Assembly (NCBI GenBank): GCA_030765505.1 | Contig: JAVCCL010000001.1 | Location: 12,306-76,305, forward strand | Reading direction: 5' to 3' | Length of the DNA stretch: 64,000 nt | From: Candidatus Kaelpia imicola | GTDB taxonomy: Bacteria; Omnitrophota; Gorgyraeia; Kaelpiales; Kaelpiaceae | Part shown: piece by piece, positions 1 to 10,215 of the stretch | How the letters are laid out: each line of letters begins with the position of its first letter | How positions within the stretch are numbered: position 1 is the stretch's first letter | Program-made: the position numbers and the translations under genes | Notes under the pieces: model-generated | What the model was told of the DNA's origin: nothing | The model's database searches: none | What the model saw: the letters and a program-made list of their open reading frames with translations, nothing else

Positions 1-789
1 TGCAAATCCGATAGAGATTGCGGCAAGGTAGAGGTAAGTTTTATTCCCAGACTGATGGGATTGTATCATCAGGTAAATTCCAAGTAGAAGATAGAGAGAG
101 AAGCTTATGTCGAGGTAGGACCAGCCGGCAATCTTTGTTATTGTAGGAGCTGAGAGGAATATTATCCCTGCGATTATACCATATACAGGCTTGGCTTCTC
201 TGTTTAAGATTTTAACAAAGTCCATGATTAAAAAGATACTCATTATAAGGAATAGAGAGTGCATTAATTTAGGCATGATATCGCTAGATAGAGAGAGCAG
301 AAATGAATAGAAGAGCTCCCAGTAAGCGGGGAAGTAGCTATAGATGTTCTCCGTCATTGTAATAATTTGCCCATTTTCTAGATATAATTTGGGTAGGTAG
401 AGGTGGTAGTTTAATGCATCGCGTGAGATTGGGGGAGTTAGGGCATTAAGCTGTATTATGAAAAGATAAGATACTATTAATAATAAAGGTAAGACCAATT
501 CAGTTTTAATGGTTTTTAAGTAGCTGAGCTTCAATAGGCATGATCTGCAGTCTCTAATCATAGTCCGAAGCAGTGATAGCGACAGTATGATTATTAAGGT
601 CAAGATATACTGTGCTTTTAGCAGACCTGTAAATCCCAACAGAGTGGTTGTGAGAGTTATAAGTATAATAGCAACCGGTGTTTTACAATATAATTTGTTA
701 GATATATAAACGGGAATAATACACTTACCCAAATTGCTTAAAAGAAAGATCAGGTAAACATAGATTAGCAGTATTTTAAGTGTATCCAT
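1..789 (-). CDS. Polytopic membrane protein, GT-C/family 39-like glycosyltransferase (runs off window start)
   Basis: Not in ORF track; read manually from ATG at 789 (MDTLKILL...). Open to base 1, multiple TM stretches, PPISRDALNYHLYLPK loop motif. Confidence 0.7.
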   Translation of the reverse strand, partial: MDTLKILLIYVYLIFLLSNLGKCIIPVYISNKLYCKTPVAIILITLTTTLLGFTGLLKAQYILTLIIILSLSLLRTMIRDCRSCLLKLSYLKTIKTELVLPLLLIVSYLFIIQLNALTPPISRDALNYHLYLPKLYLENGQIITMTENIYSYFPAYWELFYSFLLSLSSDIMPKLMHSLFLIMSIFLIMDFVKILNREAKPVYGIIAGIIFLSAPTITKIAGWSYLDISFSLYLLLGIYLMIQSHQSGNKTYLYLAAISIGFA

Positions 790-1012
790 CTCTTTTAAAT
801 ATTGAAAAGTGAATTATGTTATATGAATATATTAGCAGATCTGCATTGTTTATTGAGTTAAACTTATTATAAAAAATTTTAAGATTATATTATATAATAT
901 CTTGACAGCTTTGCGACAAGCCCCAATGCTTAACATCGGGGTGTTCCTTCGTACTTGACATGAAGGAGGTTTTTTGTTTAAATGTAAGAAATCAGTTAAA
1001 GGAGGTGTTAGT

Positions 1013-1339
1013 ATGAAACATGGTTTTACACTAATTGAGTTGGTTATGGTTATAGTTGTTATATCTATTTTGGCGGCAATAGCAGTGCCTAAGTTTATTG
1101 ACTTACAGGCAAATGCAAAACAGGCTGCTTGTGATGGAAATATTGCTACCGTAAGATCGGCAATTGCTGCATACTATGCAAAGACGGCGGTTGATGGCAG
1201 CGCGGAATTTCCTACAACCTTGGCTTTAACTACTTTTGTGCATAACTATTTTGCTGCTCAAGCGGCGCCGGCCTGTCCTTACGCTTGTAGTTATACCTAT
1301 AATGCAACCACAGGTGTTGCAACATCTCATAGCCATTAG
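1013..1339 (+). CDS. Type IV major pilin, MshA-like
   Basis: GGAGG RBS at 1001, ATG 1013; prepilin site G|FTLIELVMVIVVISILAAIAVPKF; C-terminal Cys residues. Confidence 0.9.
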   Translation: MKHGFTLIELVMVIVVISILAAIAVPKFIDLQANAKQAACDGNIATVRSAIAAYYAKTAVDGSAEFPTTLALTTFVHNYFAAQAAPACPYACSYTYNATTGVATSHSH

Positions 1340-1352
1340 TATATAAATTTAT

Positions 1353-1394
1353 ATACGGCTTGTAGAGAGACTATGGTTTCCCTATAAGCCGTAT
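1353..1394 (+). terminator. Stem-loop after pilin (terminator/attenuator)
   Basis: ATACGGCTTGTAG...CTATAAGCCGTAT 13-bp inverted repeat with one G-U pair; weak U tract. Confidence 0.65.
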
Positions 1395-1402
1395 TTCATT
1401 AA

Positions 1403-2263
1403 ATGAAGCTTTCCATTGTAATACCTGTCTATAATGAATCAGAGAATCTCCTCAAGCTTTTGGAAGAGATAGATAGAGAGCTCTCTGGATATGATAAAGA
1501 GATTATAGTGGTTGATGATGGCTCTGAAGATGAAATATCCCATCGGCTGGATCACGGTTTAGATTGTGTTAAATTGATTCAGCACCCTTATAATATAGGC
1601 AATGGTGCTGCGGTAAAGAGTGGTATTAGAGCCTCGAGCGGTGACTGGATATTATTGATGGACGCAGATTTGCAGCATCCCCCAAAAGAGATTACCAAGC
1701 TGCTTCAAGGGTTAGGTTCTTATGATATGATTGTCGGTTCAAGAGTTGGATATAAAGGTCCTTGGTATAGAAAGGTTGCAAACCATATATTTAATCGTCT
1801 ATCAAGTTATGTTACAGCTACAAAGATAGTCGATTTGACCTCAGGCTTTAGGCTTATCAGGGCAGATCTATGTAGGCGGTTTCTATATCTTTTACCCAAC
1901 GGGTTCTCTTATCCAACTACCTTAACGCTGGCTCTGCTTAAAACAGGTAGAAGTATAAAATTTCAAAAGGTTGACATGTTAAAAAGAGAGAAAGGACTAA
2001 GCAAGATAAATCCTTTAAAAGATGGAATGAAATTCATGCTTATTATTATAAAGATAGCCACTATCTATTCTCCATTCAAGGTGTTTTTACCTATCTCATC
2101 TCTGTTTTTCATTACAGGATTGCTTTATTATATCTACACTTATATTGACAGGCACAGTTTTACCAATATGAGCCTGCTGCTCTTCTCTACCTCTGTCATC
2201 ATATTTATGCTTTCGCTTATCGCTGAACAGGTTGCACAGCTTTACATAAAAGAGGATAGTTGA
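1403..2263 (+). CDS. GT2 polyprenol-phosphate glycosyltransferase (DPM1-like) with C-terminal TMs
   Basis: IPVYNE, VVDDGS, DADLQH, DLTSGFR motifs. Confidence 0.9.
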   Translation: MKLSIVIPVYNESENLLKLLEEIDRELSGYDKEIIVVDDGSEDEISHRLDHGLDCVKLIQHPYNIGNGAAVKSGIRASSGDWILLMDADLQHPPKEITKLLQGLGSYDMIVGSRVGYKGPWYRKVANHIFNRLSSYVTATKIVDLTSGFRLIRADLCRRFLYLLPNGFSYPTTLTLALLKTGRSIKFQKVDMLKREKGLSKINPLKDGMKFMLIIIKIATIYSPFKVFLPISSLFFITGLLYYIYTYIDRHSFTNMSLLLFSTSVIIFMLSLIAEQVAQLYIKEDS

Positions 2264-2283
2264 ACAGGGCTATGATATGAATT

Positions 2284-3762
2284 TTGGGAAGTCTGTTTAT
2301 CAAAGATAAAATCTGGATTCAATTCTCTATAATCTTTATTCTCGTCTTGATTGTATTTTTCAAAAGCTTGAGCTTTGAATTTAGCTGGCTGGACAATGCT
2401 CAGATTGAGGAAGAAAGCTGTATTATTCAAAGTCAGCAGGAGCTTGAAGACCTGTTATTTCAGCCGCTGCTTAATCCTAAAGGCCAGGGTAATTATTATC
2501 GGCCTCTATTTAAAATTTCGTACACATTGGATTTTTTACTCTACGGGAAAAACCCGCTGGGTTTTCGTATAACCAATATCCTGCTGCATATATTTAATTT
2601 AATATTGCTCTATGTTATTTTATTGAAATTTAAAATAGCTAAAGAGATATCTTTACTATCCACGCTTCTTTATGGTTTTTTGCCACTCAATACCTCAGCA
2701 GTGGTCTGTCTAGGGGCAAGGGCTGACCTGCTGGCTGCCTTCTTTGTTCTATTTGCGTTTCTGTCATATCTGACATTCCAGGAAAAGGGTAAGGCGGTCT
2801 ATTTTATCTGCTCTCTTTTAGGGTATATCTTAGCCTTAATGAGCAAGGAGATTGCCTTTCCATTTTTTTTGGTGATCTTTATCATTGCAAAAGCTAAAAA
2901 TCAGTTCAAGATCTGTAATATCTGGTATCTCTTACTTGCTTCGGGGTATCTGTTTATCAGGTTTAAAATCTTTGGTTATATCGGCAGTAGTCTATCTCTT
3001 TTGCGCGGCGAACCGTTTATAACTATTCTATCTTCTTTTGCAGGGTTTTTTAGGTATCTGTTTAAGTTCTTTATGCCTTTCAACCTTTCTTTAAGCGATG
3101 CTTTTCCAAAATATAGTTCTATCTTTAACTTTGAGGTTATTTTTGGATTAATCTTATTCTTCATGATAGCCCTATTCTTTATCCGTTCTGTAAGAAGAGA
3201 AAACTTAACCCTCTCTCTGTTTTTAGGATGGTTGCTGTTCTTCTATATTCCTATATCGAATATTGTCCCGGCTTTACATTTTTGGGCCGAGAGGTTTTTC
3301 TATCTCCCTGGCATTGGATTGATTGGGGTCGTTGGGTATCTTATCTCAAAGAGAAAAAGTCTTAAAATACCATTGGTAGCGGTTGTTCTATTTTACGGTC
3401 TTTTTAATCTTAAATATCAGGAGTATTTTAAAAATAACGAGCTGCTCTTTAGGAGGGCGATTGATATCTCTACAAAGAGTGAAGAGGCATATAATATGCT
3501 GGGCTATCATCATCTTTTAAATAATGACTATTTCCGGACAATATATTATTATCATTTGGCAACACAGGATTTCAGCGGTTATTATACTTACTCTTCTCTG
3601 GATGAGACCTGTAACAATTTAGGTGTAGTATTCTTGAGATTGAAACAGTATAAAGAGGCTAGAAAATGGTTCCAGTCTGCAGTAGCATTAGATGGAGATG
3701 ACAGTAAGGCTGTTTTAAATTTAAAAATATTGGATTTCATTGAGAGTGCTGATGTTAAATAG
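2284..3762 (+). CDS. GT-C membrane glycosyltransferase with TPR (TMTC-like)
   Basis: YYRPL, GARADLL, SKE, AERFFYLP motifs; C-terminal TPR (NNLG). Start codon uncertain. Confidence 0.8.
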   Translation: MGSLFIKDKIWIQFSIIFILVLIVFFKSLSFEFSWLDNAQIEEESCIIQSQQELEDLLFQPLLNPKGQGNYYRPLFKISYTLDFLLYGKNPLGFRITNILLHIFNLILLYVILLKFKIAKEISLLSTLLYGFLPLNTSAVVCLGARADLLAAFFVLFAFLSYLTFQEKGKAVYFICSLLGYILALMSKEIAFPFFLVIFIIAKAKNQFKICNIWYLLLASGYLFIRFKIFGYIGSSLSLLRGEPFITILSSFAGFFRYLFKFFMPFNLSLSDAFPKYSSIFNFEVIFGLILFFMIALFFIRSVRRENLTLSLFLGWLLFFYIPISNIVPALHFWAERFFYLPGIGLIGVVGYLISKRKSLKIPLVAVVLFYGLFNLKYQEYFKNNELLFRRAIDISTKSEEAYNMLGYHHLLNNDYFRTIYYYHLATQDFSGYYTYSSLDETCNNLGVVFLRLKQYKEARKWFQSAVALDGDDSKAVLNLKILDFIESADVK

Positions 3763-5212
3763 AGATGATATCCTGCCTTTACTAATAATTGTAGCTGCAG
3801 GACTGATTGTCTATATAGGTATTTTAGATGCCCCCTTTATCTATGATGATATCCACCTTGTATTAAACAATGAGCTGATAACCTCTTTTAAGTATATCCC
3901 CGAGCTTTTTAAGACTATATTCAATTCTGATATCTTGAGATTACCTTTTAGGCCCTTGCAGATTATCTCCTATATGTTTGACTATAAGCTCTGGACTTTT
4001 GACCCTAGAGGCTACCATCTTATCAACGTCTTACTTCACGTATTTAATAGCTTGCTATTATACGGTTTAAGTCTACGATTCTTCAAAAGAAGAAAAGAGG
4101 CTTTCTTAATAGCACTTCTGTTTGTAATTCATCCTCTCAATACTGGTGCGGTAAGCTATATATCTGGTAGAGCCGATCTATTAGCAGGATATTTCTCTTT
4201 TCTATCTCTGATCTTATTTTTCAGGTTCTTGGATAGTCATAAGAATATTGCTCTTATTTTAAGCATGCTGTCTTTTGTAGCTGCAATCTTATCTAAAGAG
4301 ATAGCTTTGATAGTACCTCTATTACTTTTGACCTATGTAGTTATCTTCTATCGCCCTTCTTTGCGTTATCTTATTTGCCATCTGGTTATTGCTGCTATTT
4401 ACATGCTGTTGAGATTGCCGGGTTTTCTAGCCGCTACTTTTTTTAAGCCTACGTTAAGCGGAAGATTTTTAACTGCACCCTATCTATTTTTTAGATATTT
4501 AAAAATAATATTTTTTCCTCACAACCTTAGGCTGTCCTATGCTATCAGTTATATAGATTCACCCAAAGACCCTGCATTTATTCTATACTTTATATTGCTC
4601 TCTTTAGTCGTCTGCCTTGGACTCTATTCAATTAGAAAGAGCAAGAGAATGGTATTTTTCTCTATATGGTATATCCTGAACTTTCTGCTTATATCCGGGG
4701 TAGTAGTTGCATTGAATGCTCCTTGTGCCGAGCATTGGCTCTATCTGGGATTGCCTGCAATATTTGCTTTAATGGTATCGTTAATATATAGTCTCTTTTA
4801 CAGGGGAGCAGTATATAGGTATGCCGGTTATATCTTTATAACAGGTATGCTTATATACTATGGATTTTCAACTCTAGAGCGCAATAAAGAGTGGGGGACT
4901 CCTGAAGATTTTTATAAGAACGAGATTGAACATACCCCGTCTAATTACAAAGCTCATTATAATCTGGGCATAATATATTTTAATGAAGGAAGATATCTGG
5001 ATGCCGAAGAAGAGTTCAAAAAAACTATTACGATATTTCCTGAACTTCACCTGGCCTATTATGGCCTTGCTTTAACTGCTGAAGAGAGAGGAGATATGGA
5101 TGAGGCCATCAGCTGCTATTGTAAGAGCTTGGATATAGCTCCGGAATTTGATCTGGGAAGAGAGAGACTCAAAATTTTAAAAGGGAGCTATCTTGGTGAT
5201 GTTAAAAAATAG
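3740..5212 (+). CDS. GT-C membrane glycosyltransferase with TPR (TMTC-like)
   Basis: FIYDD, FRPL, HP..T.AVSYISGRADLL, SKE, AEHWLY, HYNLG TPR. Confidence 0.85.
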   Translation: MRVLMLNRDDILPLLIIVAAGLIVYIGILDAPFIYDDIHLVLNNELITSFKYIPELFKTIFNSDILRLPFRPLQIISYMFDYKLWTFDPRGYHLINVLLHVFNSLLLYGLSLRFFKRRKEAFLIALLFVIHPLNTGAVSYISGRADLLAGYFSFLSLILFFRFLDSHKNIALILSMLSFVAAILSKEIALIVPLLLLTYVVIFYRPSLRYLICHLVIAAIYMLLRLPGFLAATFFKPTLSGRFLTAPYLFFRYLKIIFFPHNLRLSYAISYIDSPKDPAFILYFILLSLVVCLGLYSIRKSKRMVFFSIWYILNFLLISGVVVALNAPCAEHWLYLGLPAIFALMVSLIYSLFYRGAVYRYAGYIFITGMLIYYGFSTLERNKEWGTPEDFYKNEIEHTPSNYKAHYNLGIIYFNEGRYLDAEEEFKKTITIFPELHLAYYGLALTAEERGDMDEAISCYCKSLDIAPEFDLGRERLKILKGSYLGDVKK

Positions 5213-7139
5213 ATGGTGCATTCTTTTGCTTTTTTTGATTTTAGGTTTTGGTCTCTATTCAACTTCGTTGAATAATGGATTTATATTTAGCGATCATTAT
5301 TTAATAGGAGAGAATTGTTTGATAAAAAGTTTCTCTTTTACCCCCTATTACTTTCTGGGCTATATATCTCAAGATGTTAAAAAAGCATTCAGGCCTTTAT
5401 TTATGCTTAGCTATAATTTGAGTTATAGCTTATCGAATTATAATGCTTCAGGGTATAGAGCTTTTAATATTCTGCTCCATGTTCTCTCTGCGTTTTTTCT
5501 GTATAGAATATTATGTCTATTCTTTAGAGAGTCTAATTCAAAAATAGCGCTCTTACTATCTATCTTTTTTTTGGTTCATCCCATTAATCTTGACGCGGTA
5601 GTGCATATTATGGCAAGGTCTACTTTGCTTTTCAGTCTCTTTATACTTCTCTCTTTCCATTCTTATCTAAAGTATAGTCTGTCTAAAGCTAAACATCTAT
5701 TCTATCTTTCCATCGTATTTTATCTATTTGCTGCTTTAACCAAAGAGCATTTTGTTTTGTATATTCCAATTTTATTCTCATACATTCTGTTGTTTGATAA
5801 GAGAGGGTTAAAAAAGTTTACCTGTTTGATTTCTTATCTTTTAATCTCAATCTCTGTCTTTATCTATTGGAAAATAATGAGACTGGCTGTTTTTGCAGAA
5901 GCTGCAGTAGATATTCAGTTTAGAACCTGGGGGCTAAATCTTCTGACCCAACTTAAAGCTCTGCTTCTCTTTATAAAGCTTTTCTTTGTCCCGGCAGGAT
6001 TTTCTTTTGATCATCAGAACATAGAGGTTCTATCGTACTTCGATGCGGCAGGCTGGATTACGGTCTCTATTCTTACCGCTTCTTTGATAGTCTTTTTAAG
6101 AACCGATAACAGAATAAAATTTGGAATTCTGTGGGGAGTATCTTTTTATTTTTGGAGATTTTGTATTCAACTGGAATCAATAGCCAGAGAGCGCCATTTC
6201 TATTTAACCCAGATAGGCATTATATTTCTTCTCTATATATTTTTAAGCAGAGTGAAGATTAGAAGATATATTTTAAATCTGCTTCTAGTTATGTTTTTAA
6301 TTGGACTTGGACTAATTACATATTTGAGAAACCCGCTTTATAAAGATGAGCTTATCATATCCTGTGATATTATGGAGTGTTATCCGGATTCTGAGATTGC
6401 TAATTTTCAAATCGGAACATATTTTAAAACGGAAAAAAGATATTCTGCTGCAGAAGAGCGATTTAATCGATTAATATTAAATGCTAGAAATCCCCAGCTT
6501 AAAGCAAAAGCGCTTCTTAGCTTAGCCCAGATAAGAATTGATGAAGCTCGATACGAAGAAGCAGAGGAGATTGCCATAAAGACTTTTAAGGAGTTTCCTT
6601 ATATTAATGACGTTTACAGCTTGCTTGGATTTTTATATTTAAAGAGCGGTAAATCTGGCTTTGAGAGGTTGATTAAAATCTACCCTTACAATGCGAAGCT
6701 TCTGTTCTATGCCGGAGACTATATGTTTAGGAAGGGTAATCTGGATGAGGCCCGCAACTATTTGAACAGATCTTATAATTTAGGTTTAGATTGTCCGGGG
6801 TATTATTTTCTTTTTGGTAGAATAAGCGAGTTTGAGGGTGAGAGAGATGAGGCTATAGATTACTATAAGAAGCTTTTTTCAGTCTACCCTTTTCATAGAG
6901 AAGGGTGTTTCTATTTAGGCTCTCTTTTGGCTCAGAAAGATTCAGAAGAAGCCGATATTTACCTGAAGAGAGCTTTAAAGATTGACTCTTCATTTGCTGC
7001 TTCTTATTACAATTTAGGGTTATATTATCTGAGTCGGGGTAATAGAGATGGGGCGGTTAGGTTGATAAAGAGAGCAGAATCTCTGGGGTATGGTATACCT
7101 CCTGAAGTAGAGGCAGTTATAGCTAAAGGGATATTATGA
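5193..7139 (+). CDS. GT-C membrane glycosyltransferase with multiple TPRs (TMTC-like)
   Basis: FRPL, HPI..DAV..I.AR, TKE, RERHFY; long TPR tail (YYNLG). Confidence 0.8.
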   Translation: MVMLKNRWCILLLFLILGFGLYSTSLNNGFIFSDHYLIGENCLIKSFSFTPYYFLGYISQDVKKAFRPLFMLSYNLSYSLSNYNASGYRAFNILLHVLSAFFLYRILCLFFRESNSKIALLLSIFFLVHPINLDAVVHIMARSTLLFSLFILLSFHSYLKYSLSKAKHLFYLSIVFYLFAALTKEHFVLYIPILFSYILLFDKRGLKKFTCLISYLLISISVFIYWKIMRLAVFAEAAVDIQFRTWGLNLLTQLKALLLFIKLFFVPAGFSFDHQNIEVLSYFDAAGWITVSILTASLIVFLRTDNRIKFGILWGVSFYFWRFCIQLESIARERHFYLTQIGIIFLLYIFLSRVKIRRYILNLLLVMFLIGLGLITYLRNPLYKDELIISCDIMECYPDSEIANFQIGTYFKTEKRYSAAEERFNRLILNARNPQLKAKALLSLAQIRIDEARYEEAEEIAIKTFKEFPYINDVYSLLGFLYLKSGKSGFERLIKIYPYNAKLLFYAGDYMFRKGNLDEARNYLNRSYNLGLDCPGYYFLFGRISEFEGERDEAIDYYKKLFSVYPFHREGCFYLGSLLAQKDSEEADIYLKRALKIDSSFAASYYNLGLYYLSRGNRDGAVRLIKRAESLGYGIPPEVEAVIAKGIL

Positions 7140-7252
7140 AAACCTTGCTCTTAAATCCGCTTCTCAGAGAGAGGCTCGGCTCTAAATACGAAAGATATTA
7201 TATAAGGTCTGAATTCCGAAAAGAATCTCTATGTTTAAATTTAAAAAAATAA
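7136..7252 (+). pseudogene. Possible N-terminal remnant of a B12-binding radical SAM gene
   Basis: ATGA-coupled 38-codon ORF MKTLLLNPLL...YYIRS resembling the start of cobalamin radical SAM proteins. Confidence 0.4.
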
Positions 7253-8742
7253 GAACATATCATCTTATCATTCTTCTCAGTATTCTCTTTTGGTGTTTTG
7301 CATTGAGTAATATAAGTATTGATTTTTCGGAAACAGGTGGCGATAGTGCGCAGTATCTTATTCTTGCCAAAAGCATTTTGAGCGGTTGCGGGTATCGTGC
7401 TTTAAACCTGCCTGGTGAACCCCTTTTTGATCACTATCCGCCGGTCTTCCCGACTTTTCTTTCTTTTATTATAGCTATTTTTGGTCTTAATTATCAGGTT
7501 ATCTATATTTTTATTGCGATTGTGGGGTATATTAGCCTCATTTTAACATACTATTTGATGAGGAATTATTTAGACAGGAGAGGTTCTCTTCTAATATGCC
7601 TTTTAACAGCTTCAAACCTCTTCTTTTTTATTTATATAACTATGCATATATTGACCGAAGCGCTATATCTTTTTTTATCTCTTTTAAGTTTTTTATTAAT
7701 TTTGAAGTACTTTAGTTTTTACGATAAAAAGAGATATATTGTTTTAATACTATCTTTTATTTCAATTATTCTTAGTTATTTTACACGCTATATAGGTATC
7801 AGTCTTTTTTTAGCTGTCATTCTATTTCTTATTAAAACAGAACGTGATTATAAAGCAGCATTAAACCTCTCGGTTTTATTTTTTATATTTTTTCTTATCT
7901 GGAGATTTATCCCTTCGAGCTTGGATATTAACAGCAGCTATATTACAGGGCAGTTTTGGCTAATAGACCCCTACAAACCTTTCTTGGGCAGCATATTTAC
8001 GGATCCGGGCACATTTATTTTAAGAATTATAGAAGGAGTTAATATATATTGTAGGGATATAGCAGTTATTATTATTCCTCTCATAGGTTTAAAAAATTAT
8101 TCCATTTTCAATTTTATATGGTTATCTGTAGTATTGTTTATTCTATTTGGATTATGTTCAAGTTTTAAGGATAAGAAAAAGCCTATATTTAACTACTATT
8201 TTATTATCTATATGGTTATTTTAGTTGTCTGGCCCTATAGAGAGACTTATAGGTTTCTTATGCCGATAATTCCTTTTCTCTATTATTATTTCATAAAAGG
8301 TGTAACTAAGGCCTTGTTTTTTATTAAAATTAAATATACCTCTTCCATCCTTTGCCTTATATTGGTTGTGGTTTTACTGATAAATATAACCAGCGATTTT
8401 TTTATAATTCCAGATCTGACTAAAATATCGGAAGCAAAAAAGGAGTTCATAGCTCTTCATGATTGGATAAATGATAATATAGTAAACGATAAGATAATAC
8501 TATCACGTAAGCCGACCGTGAGTTATTTACTTACAAAGCACAAGTCGTTAATATTTCCCTATAGTAAAGATTCAAACGATATCTGGAATAGGGTTGTTGA
8601 AGAAGAGATAGGCTATATAGTAGTAGATAATTTCTCACCGCAGACCCGTATATATCTAGGGCCGTTTCTATATCAGTTTAAAGATAAAATAAAACTTATT
8701 TATATGAAAGGTGAATCTGGAGTCTTTGAGGTGCTGCGTTGA
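7231..8742 (+). CDS. GT-C/family 39 membrane glycosyltransferase
   Basis: GDSAQY..LAKSI..G.GYR, YPPVFP, LTEALY, RFLMP motifs; many TMs. Confidence 0.8.
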   Translation: MFKFKKIRTYHLIILLSILFWCFALSNISIDFSETGGDSAQYLILAKSILSGCGYRALNLPGEPLFDHYPPVFPTFLSFIIAIFGLNYQVIYIFIAIVGYISLILTYYLMRNYLDRRGSLLICLLTASNLFFFIYITMHILTEALYLFLSLLSFLLILKYFSFYDKKRYIVLILSFISIILSYFTRYIGISLFLAVILFLIKTERDYKAALNLSVLFFIFFLIWRFIPSSLDINSSYITGQFWLIDPYKPFLGSIFTDPGTFILRIIEGVNIYCRDIAVIIIPLIGLKNYSIFNFIWLSVVLFILFGLCSSFKDKKKPIFNYYFIIYMVILVVWPYRETYRFLMPIIPFLYYYFIKGVTKALFFIKIKYTSSILCLILVVVLLINITSDFFIIPDLTKISEAKKEFIALHDWINDNIVNDKIILSRKPTVSYLLTKHKSLIFPYSKDSNDIWNRVVEEEIGYIVVDNFSPQTRIYLGPFLYQFKDKIKLIYMKGESGVFEVLR

Positions 8743-10166
8743 TGGATAGAAGAGAGAGGGGATATCTTGCTCTCGTTGTATTAATAGCTCTCGGATTGAG
8801 GTTGTATTATATCTGTCAGCCTATGCGTTACGATGAGGCATTTGGATTTTTATTCTTTTTCTCTCAGCCGCTGTCGTTTTCGTTGTCACATTATATTGCA
8901 CCCAACAATCACCTTCTCTATAATCTCTTTGCTCACCCTCTATATGTTTTACTAGGGGATTCTGAATGGGTTATGCGTATACCTTCTTTTCTCTTTGGAC
9001 TTCTATTAATTCCTGCAGGTTATTATTTGATATCATCTTTGTTTAATAAAGAGTCTGGCTTGCTCTCTGCCGTACTCCTTGCAACTTCATCTCTCCTTAT
9101 AGAGTATTCTACTAATGCCAGAGGCTATACTCTCTATCTGTTGCTGGCTATTGTTTTTTTCTATTCTATAGAGCTTATATTTAAAAAGCAGAAAGGGGGT
9201 TGGGTATATTTTATACTCTCGGCAACCTTGGGTCTATATACTATTCCGGTTATGGTTTACCCTATTATAGTAGGATTATTTTGGTTTTTGACCAGGATTA
9301 TTCAAGATAGATTTAAAAAACATAAAATTAAAATGTTGATTATTTCAATGATAATTGTATCGTTGCTAAGTTTAGGGTTATATCTTCCGGTTATTCTGCA
9401 ATCTGGACTGGCTTCTATTTTTGCAAATAGATTTGTTAGTCTCGGATGCTCTTTTGGTTTTATAGAGGATTTGCCCCGATATTTATCTAATCTTTGGTCA
9501 AGCTGGATGAGGGATTTTCCTGGCTGGGATAGATTGGCATTAGTTCTAGCGTTATTTGTGGGAACTGTAGGGTCAAAAGAGTTAAGGAAAAAATATATCT
9601 CTATTCTAATACCGTCCGTTTTAGCTATAATGAGCATATTATTTTTAAGCAGAAAGATTCCTCCTCAGAGAGTCTTTATGTTTCTAATTCCGTTATATTT
9701 TGGAGCTGTCTCTTCGGCTTTAGTCTATATTTTTAAATGTGATTTTAAAAAAGTATTGTTCAGAATAATAGTTATATCGATTACCTTATTTCTCTCTTTT
9801 GCGGTTATTAAGGAGGGTGCTGTTATTAAGAGCGAAGAGACAGGGACTTTGAGCGGAGCAGAAGATCTGGTTTTATTTTTAAAAGGACGACTTAAAGAGG
9901 GTGACAATGTGTTATGTTTTATGCCTGTAGACTTTATTCTTGCCTATTATTTTAACCATTATAGTATCTCTTGGAGTTATCTGGGGGCAGATTTGAAGAC
10001 AACAGAGAGAGTCTTTATTGTTTTAAAAAAAGGGCAGGATTTAAGCTCTTTATTGGAGAAAAATAATCTCCCTAGTTTTTTAAATAACAGCAAATATATA
10101 ACGTCATTTAAAGATGCGAATCTCTATAGTTATTTGGATTTTAAATCGACTTTGTTACAATTTTGA
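8739..10166 (+). CDS. GT-C/family 39 (PMT-2-like) glycosyltransferase
   Basis: RYDEA, PNNHLLY, SEWVMRIPS, YSTNARGY motifs. Confidence 0.85.
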   Translation: MMDRRERGYLALVVLIALGLRLYYICQPMRYDEAFGFLFFFSQPLSFSLSHYIAPNNHLLYNLFAHPLYVLLGDSEWVMRIPSFLFGLLLIPAGYYLISSLFNKESGLLSAVLLATSSLLIEYSTNARGYTLYLLLAIVFFYSIELIFKKQKGGWVYFILSATLGLYTIPVMVYPIIVGLFWFLTRIIQDRFKKHKIKMLIISMIIVSLLSLGLYLPVILQSGLASIFANRFVSLGCSFGFIEDLPRYLSNLWSSWMRDFPGWDRLALVLALFVGTVGSKELRKKYISILIPSVLAIMSILFLSRKIPPQRVFMFLIPLYFGAVSSALVYIFKCDFKKVLFRIIVISITLFLSFAVIKEGAVIKSEETGTLSGAEDLVLFLKGRLKEGDNVLCFMPVDFILAYYFNHYSISWSYLGADLKTTERVFIVLKKGQDLSSLLEKNNLPSFLNNSKYITSFKDANLYSYLDFKSTLLQF

Positions 10167-10215
10167 AAGAGTGTATTAGGTTTATAAGTTTTATCTAAAG
10201 GCATAGAATTTTATT

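Noticed and set aside
974-1012. TTG start for the pilin in the ORF track
   Set aside because: GGAGG RBS and prepilin leader support ATG at 1013
2260-2283. In-frame TGA upstream of ORF 2284 suggesting recoding or an alternative genetic code
   Set aside because: TGA terminates many conserved genes here; more simply an uncertain start codon
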